This document shows, piece after piece, positions 52,248-64,000 of a DNA stretch of 64,000 nt (position 1 is the first letter of the stretch; every line of letters starts with the position of its first letter). This DNA is from Mobula hypostoma (lineage: Eukaryota): NCBI RefSeq assembly GCF_963921235.1, contig NC_086097.1:225434001-225498000 (forward strand). The letters run 5' to 3'. The notes below the pieces were generated by a model, which made no database searches, was not told the DNA's origin, and saw only the letters and a list, made by a program, of their open reading frames with translations. Both the position numbers and the translations under genes were made by a program.

Positions 52248-52283
52248 AGTCGATGTTTCGGGCCGGAACCCTTCGTCAGGACT
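52248..52283 (-). ncRNA. Minimal hammerhead ribozyme core (AUC variant)
   Basis: Minus strand reads agtc-CTGACGA-aggg ttccgg ccc-GAAA-c-ATC-gact. Confidence 0.75.
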
Positions 52284-53158
52284 GAAGAATGAAGGAGGTG
52301 GAAGGATTTGAAGAAAGGTGTTGCTCCTCCAACCTGAGTTTAGCCTCATCATGGCAGTAGAGGAGGCCATATATGGACATATCTGAATGGGAATGGGAAG
52401 GAGAGTTGAAGTGGGTGGCTACCAGGAGATCCTGTCTGTTGTGGCGGACGGAGTGGAGATGCTTGAGCATAGAATGTGGGAATTTCAATACCTAGAATTA
52501 ACACTCATCTTGGCTCCAATGGATGTGCTGACATTTAGTTGGTGGAGAACAAAATTTCAAGGTTCAGTTAGCTGCAGGTGGTGAGTGAACTAGCACAATA
52601 GATAATCTCATTCAGTGTAGTGTACATGTCCCTACACCTCCTCTCTCACCACCATTCAGGGCCCCAAACAGTCCTTCCAGGTGAGACAACACTTCACTTG
52701 TGAGTCTGTTGGGGTCATCTATTACATCCGGTGCTCCCGGTGCGGCCTCCTCTACATCGGTGAAACCCGATGCAGATTGGGGGACCGCTTCATCGAGCAC
52801 CTCCACTCCGTCCACCTCCTCATGGCCTCCTCTACTGCCATGATGAGGCTAAACTCAGGTTGGAGGAGCAACACCTCATATACCATCTAGGTAGTCTCCA
52901 GCCCCTTGGTATGAACATAGAATTCTCCAACTTCCAGTACTTCCCTCCCCCTCCCTTCCTCTATTCTTATTTCACTCTGCCCCCTCCCCCAGCCTCCTAT
53001 CACCTCCCTCATGGTTCCACCTCCTGCTTCTACTACCCGTTGTTTACCAGTCTATGACATCAGTGCTTCCCCTCCCCCACCCCTTTGTCTTTCAAATTAC
53101 TGGTCTTTCAAATGAACATACAAGCATTCTTCAAATCCTTCCCCCTCCTTCTTTGTTC

Positions 53159-53194
53159 AGTCCTGACGAAGGGTTCCGGCCCGAAACATCGACT
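53159..53194 (+). ncRNA. Minimal hammerhead ribozyme core (AUC variant)
   Basis: agtc-CTGACGA-aggg ttccgg ccc-GAAA-c-ATC-gact, downstream of the GIY-YIG stop codon. Confidence 0.75.
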
Positions 53195-54346
53195 CATCGT
53201 TTCCATTGATGCTGCCCGACCTGCTGAGTTCCTCCAGCGTGCTGTGAGCGCTACTGTCCCAACTTGGAATTTCCCATGCTAAAGTGCAAGTCGTTCCCAG
53301 CAGTTTATATTCCTTCACAAGCCAACACTGAGTTCACATTAGTACATCTGCAAGATTTTATTAATAAGCAACTGTCTGCCTAACCTGATGGCACCGTAAT
53401 CATAGCTAGTGATTTCGATCAAGCTAACCTTGTACAGTATTCCCTAAATTTTGTCAAAATGTGAAATGTCCAACAAGGGGCAACAGCACACTGGGCCAAG
53501 GTTACAATATTGGAGACATGTACCGGGCTTATCCATGCCCTCACCTGGGACTGTCTGACTAACTATTTTTATCTCTATCCCCAGCCTACAGACCGATGAT
53601 AAGGAAGGTAAAACCAATTACCCAGTCAGTGACAGTATGGCCTCAGGGAACTGTCTCACGGCTTCAGGACTGCTTCCAGTGTACAGAATGGAACCCATTT
53701 GCATGCCATACCATGCATGATTCAGGAATCATCTTAAGGAATATACTTCCATGGTCATGCACCATCTTAAAGACAATGTTACCAGCAATAAAAACATCTG
53801 TGCATTGCTGAATCAGAAGCCATGGATGAACAATGAAGTCGGGATGAACAGGGCTCGGGATGCTGCTTACAGATTCAGTGACACTACAACATACAGTGAA
53901 GCCAAGTCAAAGCTTAAAAGAGGCACAAAAACTGCAAGTACAGACACAAACAACAGATAGAGACACACTCCAATGAGGCCATCAAACCCCCCCCCCCCAA
54001 ATGTGTGTGGGAAGGCATCTGGTCCATCACTAACTATAAAGGAAAGATCCCCTGCCCGACAAACAGTGATGCCACACTAGCTGAGGAGCTAAACAACTTC
54101 ATTGCTCATCTTGACAGGGATAATAACAAACCAGTGATGAAGGCCCTGACACCCGAGGGAAGAGTGTCGACAATGAGCACACACGAGGTGGGATGTACTC
54201 TGCAATATCACCACATGTAGAGCAGCTGGACCAGACAGAATATGTGGGCTGGCCCTCAGGGAGTGCACTGATCAGCTGGCAGTTTTCTATTGAGATCTAT
54301 AACCTCTCTCTGTCCCTTGCTGTGGCCCCTGCATGTTTCAAAACAT

Positions 54347-55335
54347 AGTTAGGTTTTGTAACTCCAAAACAAAGACAATTGAAAGTAAAAAGATGGGAGT
54401 TTTTACTTTAAGTGAGGTGCACACAAATGATATGGCAACGTAATGATGTATGCCATTTGCATACTTTTACATGACATATAACACAACACATTATGCTCAA
54501 AGAATGCTTAATCAAACATTCTCTCTGGCATAGGTTAGGCACATACTGTACAAAAAAGGACTGCTCTTCCTTTTGATTCTGCTTCGGAAACAAAGCATTC
54601 TGAAATCAACAATTGTTTTGGTTCTAAATGTTCCTGCATTGCTTTCCTACAGTAAGTAGCAAACCAATGGCTCGGCTGGAGCAGTTATACTTCTAAGCAA
54701 ACTGTATGCCTTTACACCCCAATGCACTCAGCAAAACTGGTATTCGCTTCATTTTGCCTATTTAATTTGCTTCAAAATACTGCTCAATTAGCTCAGTATA
54801 CAATGCTGTTATCCCTTGTGCAATCAAACACGTCTATATTTTTGACATAGCCAGCATTGTTTTTTTTTTAAAATTTATGATTATAACAACCTGATACTCA
54901 GTTTTTGAACCCTTGAATAGGTCTGCTTTCTACCATTTTTAAAAACAACTTTTTCTGTCCATTCCTGAGGAAGCATGTGCTGCACTGTTATTTTACTCTG
55001 TTTCTCATTGTGCTTTCTTTTAACTTAAACATCTTGTTGCACTTCAACAGGTAGGCAGTAATCTCAGGTTCATTTAAAACTTCCTCATTGCCACTGTTAT
55101 GTTTCATAACTTCAAATTATAAAATGAATTGAAAGCAAAAATATGGGAGCCCGGGAGAACTTGTCTTAGTTTTGTTTTTATTTTAAGTGAGGTGTGCACA
55201 TATGATGTGGCAGCGCAATGCCATATGCCAATTACATTCTTTTCCATACAACTGCAATGTATTATATAACCAAAGAATGCTTAATCAAATAGATTTACAA
55301 TATTACTCAAATATTACTGAAATATTAAATACACA
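54347..55335 (-). mobile_element. Internally deleted old Gypsy element (two diverged LTR copies, PBS, gag N-terminus)
   Basis: Repeats at about 54350-54520 and 55096-55335; TGGCAATGAGG PBS-like site; PVLLSALG..AYSLLR gag remnant. It is related to the element at 50595. Confidence 0.7.
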
Positions 55336-56812
55336 AACATAGCCTATCATACCAATCCCAAAGCAGTCAGCAGTAACGTGCTTCAATGACTACTGACCAG
55401 TTGCTCTCACCCTCATAGCCAGCAAGTGCCTGGAGAGACTCTTTGTGCTCCACATTAAGAGTGCCTTTCCTGCTACTCTACACCAGCGCCACTTTGCCCA
55501 TAAGACAAACAGATCAACAAAGGATGCCACCTCCATCACTTTCCATACCTGAGGCATAAGGACACATATGCAGAATGCCTCTTATTGACCACAATTCTGC
55601 CTTCAGCAACACACTCCCTACCAAATTGACTGTCAAACTACGCAGTCTGGGACTCAACACATCAATTTACATCTGGACTCGACCTTCTTACAATCGCACC
55701 CAGACAGTCAGACTATACAAATACACATTACCATCCCTGACCCTGAACACCAGTGCACCGCAGTGAAGTGTACAGACCCCACTCCTTTACACTTTTTTCA
55801 CATTCTCCTGCCCTGTGCCACCAACTCCATCGTCAGATTTACAGACGACACCACAGTAATTGGATTAATTACAAATAACAGCATACAGAGAGGAGAAACA
55901 GTATTTAGACAGAAACTGCCTGAATTGTGCAATAACCACAACATTAAAAAAAAAAGAAATTATTATTGATTTCAAGAAATTAGAAGGTATGAACAGGTTC
56001 CACTACTCAAACAGTAAACGAGTGGAAATGGTCTCCATCTTTAAGTTCTTGGGAGTGAACATTACAGTCGAGCTCTCTTGAACTACCAACAACTCTTTGA
56101 TAGCAGGGAAGGCTCCACAGTGCCTATACACTCCTTGGAGTTCGCAGAGAACAAATTTGCCCCAAAGCTGTTGGTAAGCTCTTAATGATGTGTAATAGAG
56201 CACACTAACCTACTTACTGCATGACAGTATGGTCCAGGGGCTACAACAAGATCGACCAAAAAGCACTTTGACAAGTGATTAGGACTGCACAGAACATCAT
56301 TGGGACATGCCTACTAGATATGAAAACCATCTACAACTCAATGTCTACAGTGGGCTCACAAAATCATGGACTCATCTCACTCCAGTAATTATCTGTTCAA
56401 TCTCCTACCATCAGGCAGGAGATACAGAAACATCTCTGCATGGACATCCAGACTGAAAAAAGCTTCCCACTGCCCCCCCCCCCCCCGCACCCTCAGGACT
56501 GTTATGCAACTGAACAAAGCCCCCACCCCTAGGCACTATGGACAATTTCCAAGGGCAATACACGAGTATAATTCTTGATACTATTTTATATTTAATTATT
56601 GTATTTTATAACATGGGCATAGGCAATACTTGATGGGGCAGTCACTGGTTCCTTTAATTTTAGAGTGGCTTATTTTTAATTCAGTTGCAACTTAGATGTC
56701 ACTCTAAATAAATTGGACATTTTAAATTTAGTCATTGTGTTTTTAGTAATTGCCAGTAAGCAGTTTTAGTTACAATTAGCAAATGCCAGGATTAATTGGT
56801 GATTACAACATG

Positions 56813-57498
56813 TGTAGCCCCCCTGGCCAGCCTCAGGGTCGCTCGGCTCGCTGTCTGGGGAAACAGCCCTCACCCCCGGCAAACTGCGTAATAAGTTTGT
56901 GTGGATGCTGTGTGATGTACCCCACCCCGCCCAAATAACAGACAATACACCAGATGTGATTAAATGTACAGTTTATAGGTATTACTGGAACTATATAATT
57001 AATAGAGAATAAAATAAAAGGAAAATAAAAGGCGCCACACTTACCAAAGTTCAATCTCTTCGTGCACAACAGTTGGAGCTCAGGACCCTTCTTCTTCACC
57101 CTGCGACCCCTTGGACCACCTCGACCGGCCACCTGGGACAACAATGGTGGTCGATCAGACGCTCCACACAAGTCGATCTCCGTCTCCTCTCCTCGCCAAA
57201 TACCCCGCTCGGTGTCTGACCCCGTTAGCAGACTCACAGCACCTGGTCCATCCTCGGTCTCTCTCTCCCGCCTTCTGAACCAAAACACCACGCATACAAT
57301 ATCCTCAGACACACTAAAAACATAACTATCCCAATTGGTTCGCAACATCTTCCCATCACAGTCTAACCCAAAACAAGCTGCTAGCGCAAGAACTTTCTCA
57401 GCGTTCAACATAACAAAGAATCATTCCCAAGTATAACATAACAAAGAAGCCATTCTAACTAGCCTACACAGTAACATAAAAGATGAAACCATCTTACA
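56813..57498 (-). mobile_element. Solo LTR (686 bp)
   Basis: TGTA...TACA ends; 4-bp TSD CATG. Strand is tentative. Confidence 0.82.
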
Positions 57499-57614
57499 CA
57501 TGAATTTTATTAGAACGTGATTGGTATGCGAAAGCTGAAGAATTTCATGAAGATATAAAGATGAGTTGAAGTAGCTGCAGAGAATTAAAAAAAAATTTAA
57601 GTGATGTAATTTTT

Positions 57615-58912
57615 TTTAGATTTTAGAATAGCACAGCACAGTACTGGCCCTTTGGCCCACAACGTTGTGCCAACCCTCAAACCCTGCCTCCCATATATCC
57701 CCCCCCACCTTAAATTCCTACATTTAATTGTCTAGCAGTCTCTTAATTTTCACTAGTTTATCTGCCTCCACCACTGACTCAGGCAGTGCATTCCACGCAC
57801 TAACCACTGAGTGAAAAACCTTCCTCTAATATCCCCCTTGAACTTCCCACTCCTTACCTTAAAGCCATGTCCTCTTTTACTGAGCAGTGGTGCCCTGGGG
57901 AAGAGGCGCTGACTTTCCACTATCTATTCCTCTTAATATCTTGTGTACCTCCATCATGTCTCCTCTCGAAAGAGTAAAGACCTAGCTCCCTTAATCTCTG
58001 ATAATAATGCATACTCTCTAAACCAGGCAGCATCCTGGAATAAATCTCCTCTGTACCCTTTCCAAGAGTTCTACATCCTTCCTATAGTGAGGCAAACAGA
58101 ACTGAACACAGTACTCCAAGTGTGGCCTAACCAGAGTTTTATAGAGCTGCATCATTACATCGTGACTCTTAAACTCTATCCCTCGACTTATGAATTCTAA
58201 CACCCCATATGCTTTCTTAACTACCCTATCTACCTGTGAGGCAACTTTCAGGGACCTGTGGACATGTACCCGAGATCCCTCTGCTCTCCACACTACCAAG
58301 TATCCTGCCATTTACTTTGTACTCTGCCTTGGAGTTTGTCCTTCCAAACTATACCACCTCACACTTCTCTGGGTTGAACTCCATCTGCCACTTCTCAGCC
58401 CACTTCTGCATCCTATCAATGTCTCTCTGCAATCTTTGACAATCCTGTACACCATCTAAAACACCACCAACCTTTGTGTCATCTTTAAACTTGCCAACCC
58501 ACCCTTCTACCCCCACATCCAGGTTATTAATAAAAATCACGACAAGCAGAGGTCCCAGAACAGATCCTTGTGGAACACCACTAGTCACAATCCTCCAATC
58601 TGAATGTACTCCCTCCACCACCACCCTTTGGTTTCTGTAGGCAAGCCAATTCTGAATCTACCTGGACAAACTTCCCTGGATCCCATGCCTTCTAACTTTT
58701 TGATTAAGCCTACCATGTGGAACCTTGTCAAATGCCTTACTAAAATCCATGTAGATCACATCCACTGCACTACCCTCATCTACATGCCTGCTCACCTCCT
58801 CAAAGAACTCTATCAGGCTTGTTAGACACGATCTGCCCTTCACAAAGTCATGCTGACTGTCCCTGATCAGACCATGATTCTCTAATTGCCCATAGATCCT
58901 ATCTCTTAGAAT
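57615..58912 (-). mobile_element. CR1 RT/3' portion
   Basis: [32 protein letters not shown]. Confidence 0.9.
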
Positions 58913-59275
58913 CTTTTCCTTTTTCTTTCTTTTTAAATCTTTTTATTGAGTAAGTATACAAAAAAGGTAAGCCATATAAACATTAATACAATGTTAAAGT
59001 ATAATAAAATTCCAAAAGATAACAATACCAAAAAGAAAATACTACAAACAATGTAATTTAAGCATAAGAAACCAAGATAACATAATAGTATACTAGATTT
59101 TATATATATCAATGGAAAAAAAAGAAAAAAAAACCCCCAAAAAAAACCCACCGTGCAACTAACTAAAAGCAAAGCAAAGCAATGGGCTAACTTGAAACCA
59201 AACAGAGTTAAACTTAAAATCACGTCCTCAATCCCGACCTCCATTAAAACAGTGAGAAAAGAACAAGGGTAAATA

Positions 59276-62200
59276 TTACATTAAATGAAAATATCGAATA
59301 AAAGGTCCCCAAATCTGTTCAAATTTAAATGAAGAATCATAAAGGTTACTTCTAATTTTCTCCAGATTCAAACATAAAATCGTCTGAGAAAACCAAAAAA
59401 AGGTAGTTGGAGCGTTAAGCTCTTTCCAATGTTGTAAAATACATCTTTTCGCCATCAAAGTAAGAAATGCAATCATTCTACGGGCTGAAGGGGAAAGATT
59501 ACTAGAAATTTTAGGTAGTCCAAAGATAGCAGTAATAGGGCGAGGAGAGATATCTATATTTAATACCTTAGAAATAATATTGAAAATATCTCTCCAAAAA
59601 GTTTCCAAAGTAGGGCAAGACCAAAACATATGAGTTAAAGAGGCTATCTGCCCCGAACATCTATCACAGAAAGGATTAATATGCGTGTAAAAACGCGCTA
59701 ACTTATCTTTGGACATATGTGCTCTATGAACCACTTTAAATTGAATTAGGGAATGTTTAGCACAAATAGAGGAAGTATTAACTAATTGTAAAATCTGCCC
59801 CCAATCATCCACAGAAATGGTAAGCCCCAATTCCTGTTCCCAATCTACCCTAATCTTATCAAATGGAGCTTTCCTAAGTTTCATAATAATATTATAAATC
59901 ATAGCCGATGCACCTTTCTGACATGGATTAAGGTTAATTATCGAATCTAAAATATATATAGGAGGAAGCATTGGAAAGGAAGAAAGTATAGTACTTAGGA
60001 AATTTCTAACTTGTAAATATCTAAAAAAATGTATTCTTGATAAGTTATATTTATTAGATAATTGTTCAAAAGACATAAGGGAACCATCTAAAAATAAATC
60101 CAAAAACCGTAAAATACCCTTAGTCTTCCAAGTTTGAAAAGCGCGATCCGTAAAAGAGGGAGGAAAAAATATGTTACCTAAAATAGGAATCGCTAACCCG
60201 AATTGATTAAGATCAAAAAATTTTCTGAATTGAAACCAAATACGCAAAGCATATTTAACGATCGGGTTAGAGACCTGCTTAAGGCGTTTCGAATCAAAGG
60301 GAAGAGATGAACCTAAAATAGAACCAAGTGTATAACCCTGAACAGATTGTAATTCCAATGCTACCCATTTAGGAATAGATAGTATGTCCCGGTCAAGTAA
60401 CCAAAATATCATATGTCGAATATTAATAGCCCAATAATAAAATCTAAAGTTAGGTAATGCTAAACCTCCATCTCTCTTAGCTTTCTGTAAATGTATTTTA
60501 CCCAGTCTCGGATTCTTATTCTGCCAAATAAATGAAGAAATTTTAGAGTCAACTTTATCAAAAAAAGATTTAGGAACGAAAATTGGTAATGCCTGAAACA
60601 CATATAAAAATTTTGGCAAAAAAAACATCTTAACTGCATTAATACGACCAATCAAAGTTAAATATAAGGGAAACCATTTAGATGAAAGTTGAGTAATATG
60701 GTCTATTAATGGTAAAAAGTTAGTCTTAAATAAATCTTTATGTTTACAAGTAATTTTAATCCCAAGATATGAAAGGTAATTATTAATCAATTTAAATGGA
60801 AATTTATAATATAAGGGAAGATGTTTATTAATCGGAAAAAGTTCACTCTTACTAAGATTTAATTTATAACCTGAGAAAAGACCAAATTGTGCTAATAACT
60901 CTAAAACAGCAGGAATAGATCTCTCAGGATTAGAAATATATAAAAGTAAATCATCAGCATAGAGTGATAATTTATGGGACTTTAATCCCCGAGTTATCCC
61001 AGTAATATTTGAAGATTCTCGAATAGCAATTGCAAGAGGTTCTAATGCAATATCAAATAATAGGGGACTAAGAGGACAGCCTTGTCGAGTACCACGAAAG
61101 AGAGGAAAAAAAGGTGAGTTTAAAGAGTTAGTACGAACCGAGGCTACAGGGGAGTGATATAACAGTTTAATCCAGGATATAAATTTCAAGCTAAAATTAA
61201 ACATTTCAAGCACCTTAAATAAATAAGGCCATTCTACTCTATCAAAAGCTTTCTCGGCATCTAAAGAAATAACACACTCAGGAACATTTTGTGAGGGAGT
61301 ATAAACGATATTTAACAATGTACGAATATTATAAAAAGAGTAACGACCTTTAATAAAACCCGTTTGGTCTTCCGAAATAATAGAAGGAAGTACTTTTTCT
61401 AGTCTATTTGCTAATAACTTAGAAAAAACTTTAGAATCAACATTTAATAAAGATATTGGTCTATAAGATGCACATTGAGCAGGGTCTTTATCCTTCTTTA
61501 GTATTAAAGAAATTGATGCTCTATTAAAAGATTCCGGAAGTTTACCAAGTTTCAAAGAAGCCTCAAAAACCTTATAGAGCCAAGGAATCAATAAAGAAGC
61601 AAAACATTTATAAAATTCAACGGTAAACCCATCAGGGCCAGGAGCTTTCCCCAGATTCATAGAAAAAATAACATTCTTAATCTCATCCATTGTAATGGAA
61701 GTATCTAATAAAGAAGACATATCCTGTGAAATCTGAGGGAAGTCTAACTTATCTAAAAAATCATTCATATATTTAGAATCTCGAGGAGACTCTGATTGAT
61801 ATAAAGAAGAATAAAAATCACAAAAGGTTTGATTAATCCCCACATGATCCAATATCAATCGATCATTTTGGTTATAAATCTGATTGATTTGAGATTTAAC
61901 ATAATTAGATTTCAATTGATTAGCCAGCAGCTTGCCAATTTTATCACTCTGAACATAAAAATCACTTCTTGTTTTCTTTAATTGGTTTACAATCGAGGAC
62001 GAGAGTAGTAAACTGTGTTCCATTTGAAGTTCAGTTCTTTGTTTGTATAGCTCCTCAGAAGGAGCCATAACATATTTCTTATCAATTTCTTTAATCTTGT
62101 CCACAATTGCCATCTCCTCCTGCTTCCGTTTCTTCCTCAAAGCAACGGAATACGAAATAATCTGACCCCGAATATAGGCTTTAAAAGTGTCCCAAAGAGT

Positions 62201-63044
62201 GTTAACCGAAATATCTTCTGTATGGTTAATTGTAAAAAAAAAGCTCAATCTGTTCATTCATAAAATTAACAAAGTCCGAGTCCTGAAGCAACAGCGAATT
62301 AAAACGCCATTGTCTATTGTTTGGTATATTGGCCATAATTTTAATAGAAAGCTTAAGTGGAGCATGATCCGAAATGGTTATAGAATCATAATCACATTTA
62401 ATCACTGAAGGAATGAGACGAGAGTCAATAAAAAAATAATCAATTCTTGAATAGGAATGATGAACATGTGAAAAAAAGGAAAAATCTTTTTCCTGAGGAT
62501 GCAGAAAACGCCAAATGTCCGTCGACCCAGAATCAGAAAGAAAAAAATTAATCAAATTTGCAGATTTATTAGGTAAAGTCCGTAAAGGAGCCGAACGGTC
62601 CAAAGCTGGAGATAAACAGGTATTAAGATCTCCGCCCCAAATCAATGAAAACTCGTTCAAGTTCGGAAACTGATCAAACAATGATTTATAAAATTCCGGA
62701 CAATCCATATTAGGAGCATAAACATTAACCAAAACTACTTTTTTATTAAATAGTAAACCACTAACCAATAAAAATCTACCATTCGGATCAGAGATAATAT
62801 CCTGTTGTATAAAAGTAACTGAGGAATCTATAAAAATAGAGACGCCTCGAATCTTAGCATTGGAGTTCGAATGAAATTGTTGTCCCTTCCAGAATTTGAA
62901 AAAACGTAGTCTGTCCCTCTGGGTCTCTTGTAAAAATAAAATTTGTGCTTTAAGTCTCCGGAACACTTTAAAAACTTTTTTTCTTTTAATAGGATGATTA
63001 AGACCATTAGTATTCCAGGAGACAAAATTAATAATAGACTCCAT
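59276..63044 (-). CDS. L1 ORF2 (APE-RT-Cys knuckle), one +1 frameshift at 62234-62242
   Basis: SWNTNG, LQET, GGDLN, SRIDY, SDH; LDAEKAFD, RQGCPLSP, YADD; CDRC..HMFWSC. Confidence 0.93.
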
Positions 63045-63769
63045 AAATCCTAAAGTCAACCCACAACAAGGAGGATTGACAATAGGCGCGACCCACAAAC
63101 CCGGAGAGGAAACAGAACATACAAAAGATACCGGGGAAAAGGACGCAACCAGTACTTCAATAATGTATATAGCCCAAAGAAAAACAAACTAAAACGTGAA
63201 GCCCCTCCCACCACCCCCCACCCCAAGACCCCAAGGCAAAATCTAAAGCAGACCCGCCAGAAAGAAGCAAGCGCTAAAACTACCCCCATGACTTCCGGTA
63301 TACGCTCCCTAAAAAAAAGGTATAAATATGAAAAGGATCAGCTAATTGTAAAACAGTAAAAAAATAAGTAAAAAAAAGTTAGCTCAATTAGAATACACAC
63401 AGAACAGAACAAAAGCCGGAAAATATATATTAAAAAAAACCACAATAAACCTCAAACTCATGAATAGACACAGCAACAAAAAAAAAAATAGGATTATTAA
63501 CATAAAGTGATTATAAAAAGCAAAACAGAATAAAATTTAAAAAAAACTACAAAATTTAAGGCCGCACAGGAAATACGTAAGATGACAAAAGGGAAGTAAC
63601 CACCCAGAATCCCCTGGGAAAAGAAAGAAATGACGCAGTTAAAAAGAAAGTTTAGCAGCCATATTAAGAAATCAAAAGTAAACTTTTCTGCCCAAATAGG
63701 GCACAGAAAAGTTAAAACCAACCAATTCACAGCCTCCGATCAACGGAGAAAATTAAAAAAAAAAGGCAA

Positions 63770-64000
63770 TTAAGATGTTGAAGATGAAAGTTGATCCAGA
63801 TAACTCTGGGCATCCGATGGAGAATCAAAAAAACGAAGGGCTCCATCTAACATGCGAATCCTTAGACGTGCAGGGTACAGCAGCGCTGGTCTTAAATCCA
63901 TCTTATAGAATTCCGACATCACGGATCTGTAACGGACCCGTTGGTCCCAGATTGGTTTACTGAAATCTTCCACGAATCGGAACTTAAGATCCAAAAAATC
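63770..64000 (-). CDS. L1 ORF1 C-terminal part
   Basis: RFVEDFS..LLYPARLRI..FDSP, typical of the L1 ORF1p C-terminal domain. Confidence 0.85.
   Translation of the reverse strand, partial: DFLDLKFRFVEDFSKPIWDQRVRYRSVMSEFYKMDLRPALLYPARLRIRMLDGALRFFDSPSDAQSYLDQLSSSTS

Larger units (their letters stand above)
52157..53250. mobile_element. Penelope-like element (Neptune-like), inverted partial copies with GIY-YIG endonuclease remnant
   Basis: GVIYYIRCSRCGLLYIGET..RFIEH; inverted pseudo-LTRs each carrying a hammerhead core; TSD ctactgttccaat (52144-52156) / ctactgtcccaac (53251-53263). Confidence 0.92.
51617..56480 (+). mobile_element. Old, near full-length Rex-type LINE hosting Penelope and Gypsy inserts
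   Basis: Starts aagatggc; decayed APE/RT motifs NQKPWM, IDHNSAFSN, RFTDDTTVIGLI, LPSGRRYR. Confidence 0.75.
58912..64000 (-). mobile_element. L1 (LINE-1 clade) element extending beyond the window
   Basis: ORF1 C-terminus, long spacer, ORF2, 3' UTR with AATAAA and an A-rich tail. Confidence 0.95.

Noticed and set aside
56833..57411. 192-aa ORF
   Set aside because: Lies wholly inside a solo LTR and has no recognisable motifs.

Overview
This is repeat-dominated vertebrate genomic DNA (intron or intergenic). The repeat repertoire (CR1, Rex1/Babar-type LINEs, V-SINE/HE1-type SINEs) suggests a cartilaginous fish; that assignment is inference. No host protein-coding gene could be supported. Main contents: (1) a complete but defective 4.7-kb Gypsy LTR retrotransposon (10263-14933, minus strand) that lacks a tRNA primer-binding site and instead has a leader complementary to its own LTR; (2) many CR1 and Rex1/Babar LINE copies; (3) a near-intact L1 (58912-64000, minus); (4) a Charlie/MER1-like hAT and a Tigger-like DNA transposon; (5) three solo LTRs; (6) a dispersed family of Penelope-like pseudo-LTR fold-back inserts carrying minimal hammerhead ribozyme cores, with 13-15 bp target duplications, including one tandem hammerhead pair and one GIY-YIG-bearing copy. 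Boundaries defined by TSDs or TIRs were read directly; other boundaries are approximate. Family names come from recognised motifs, not from database searches.
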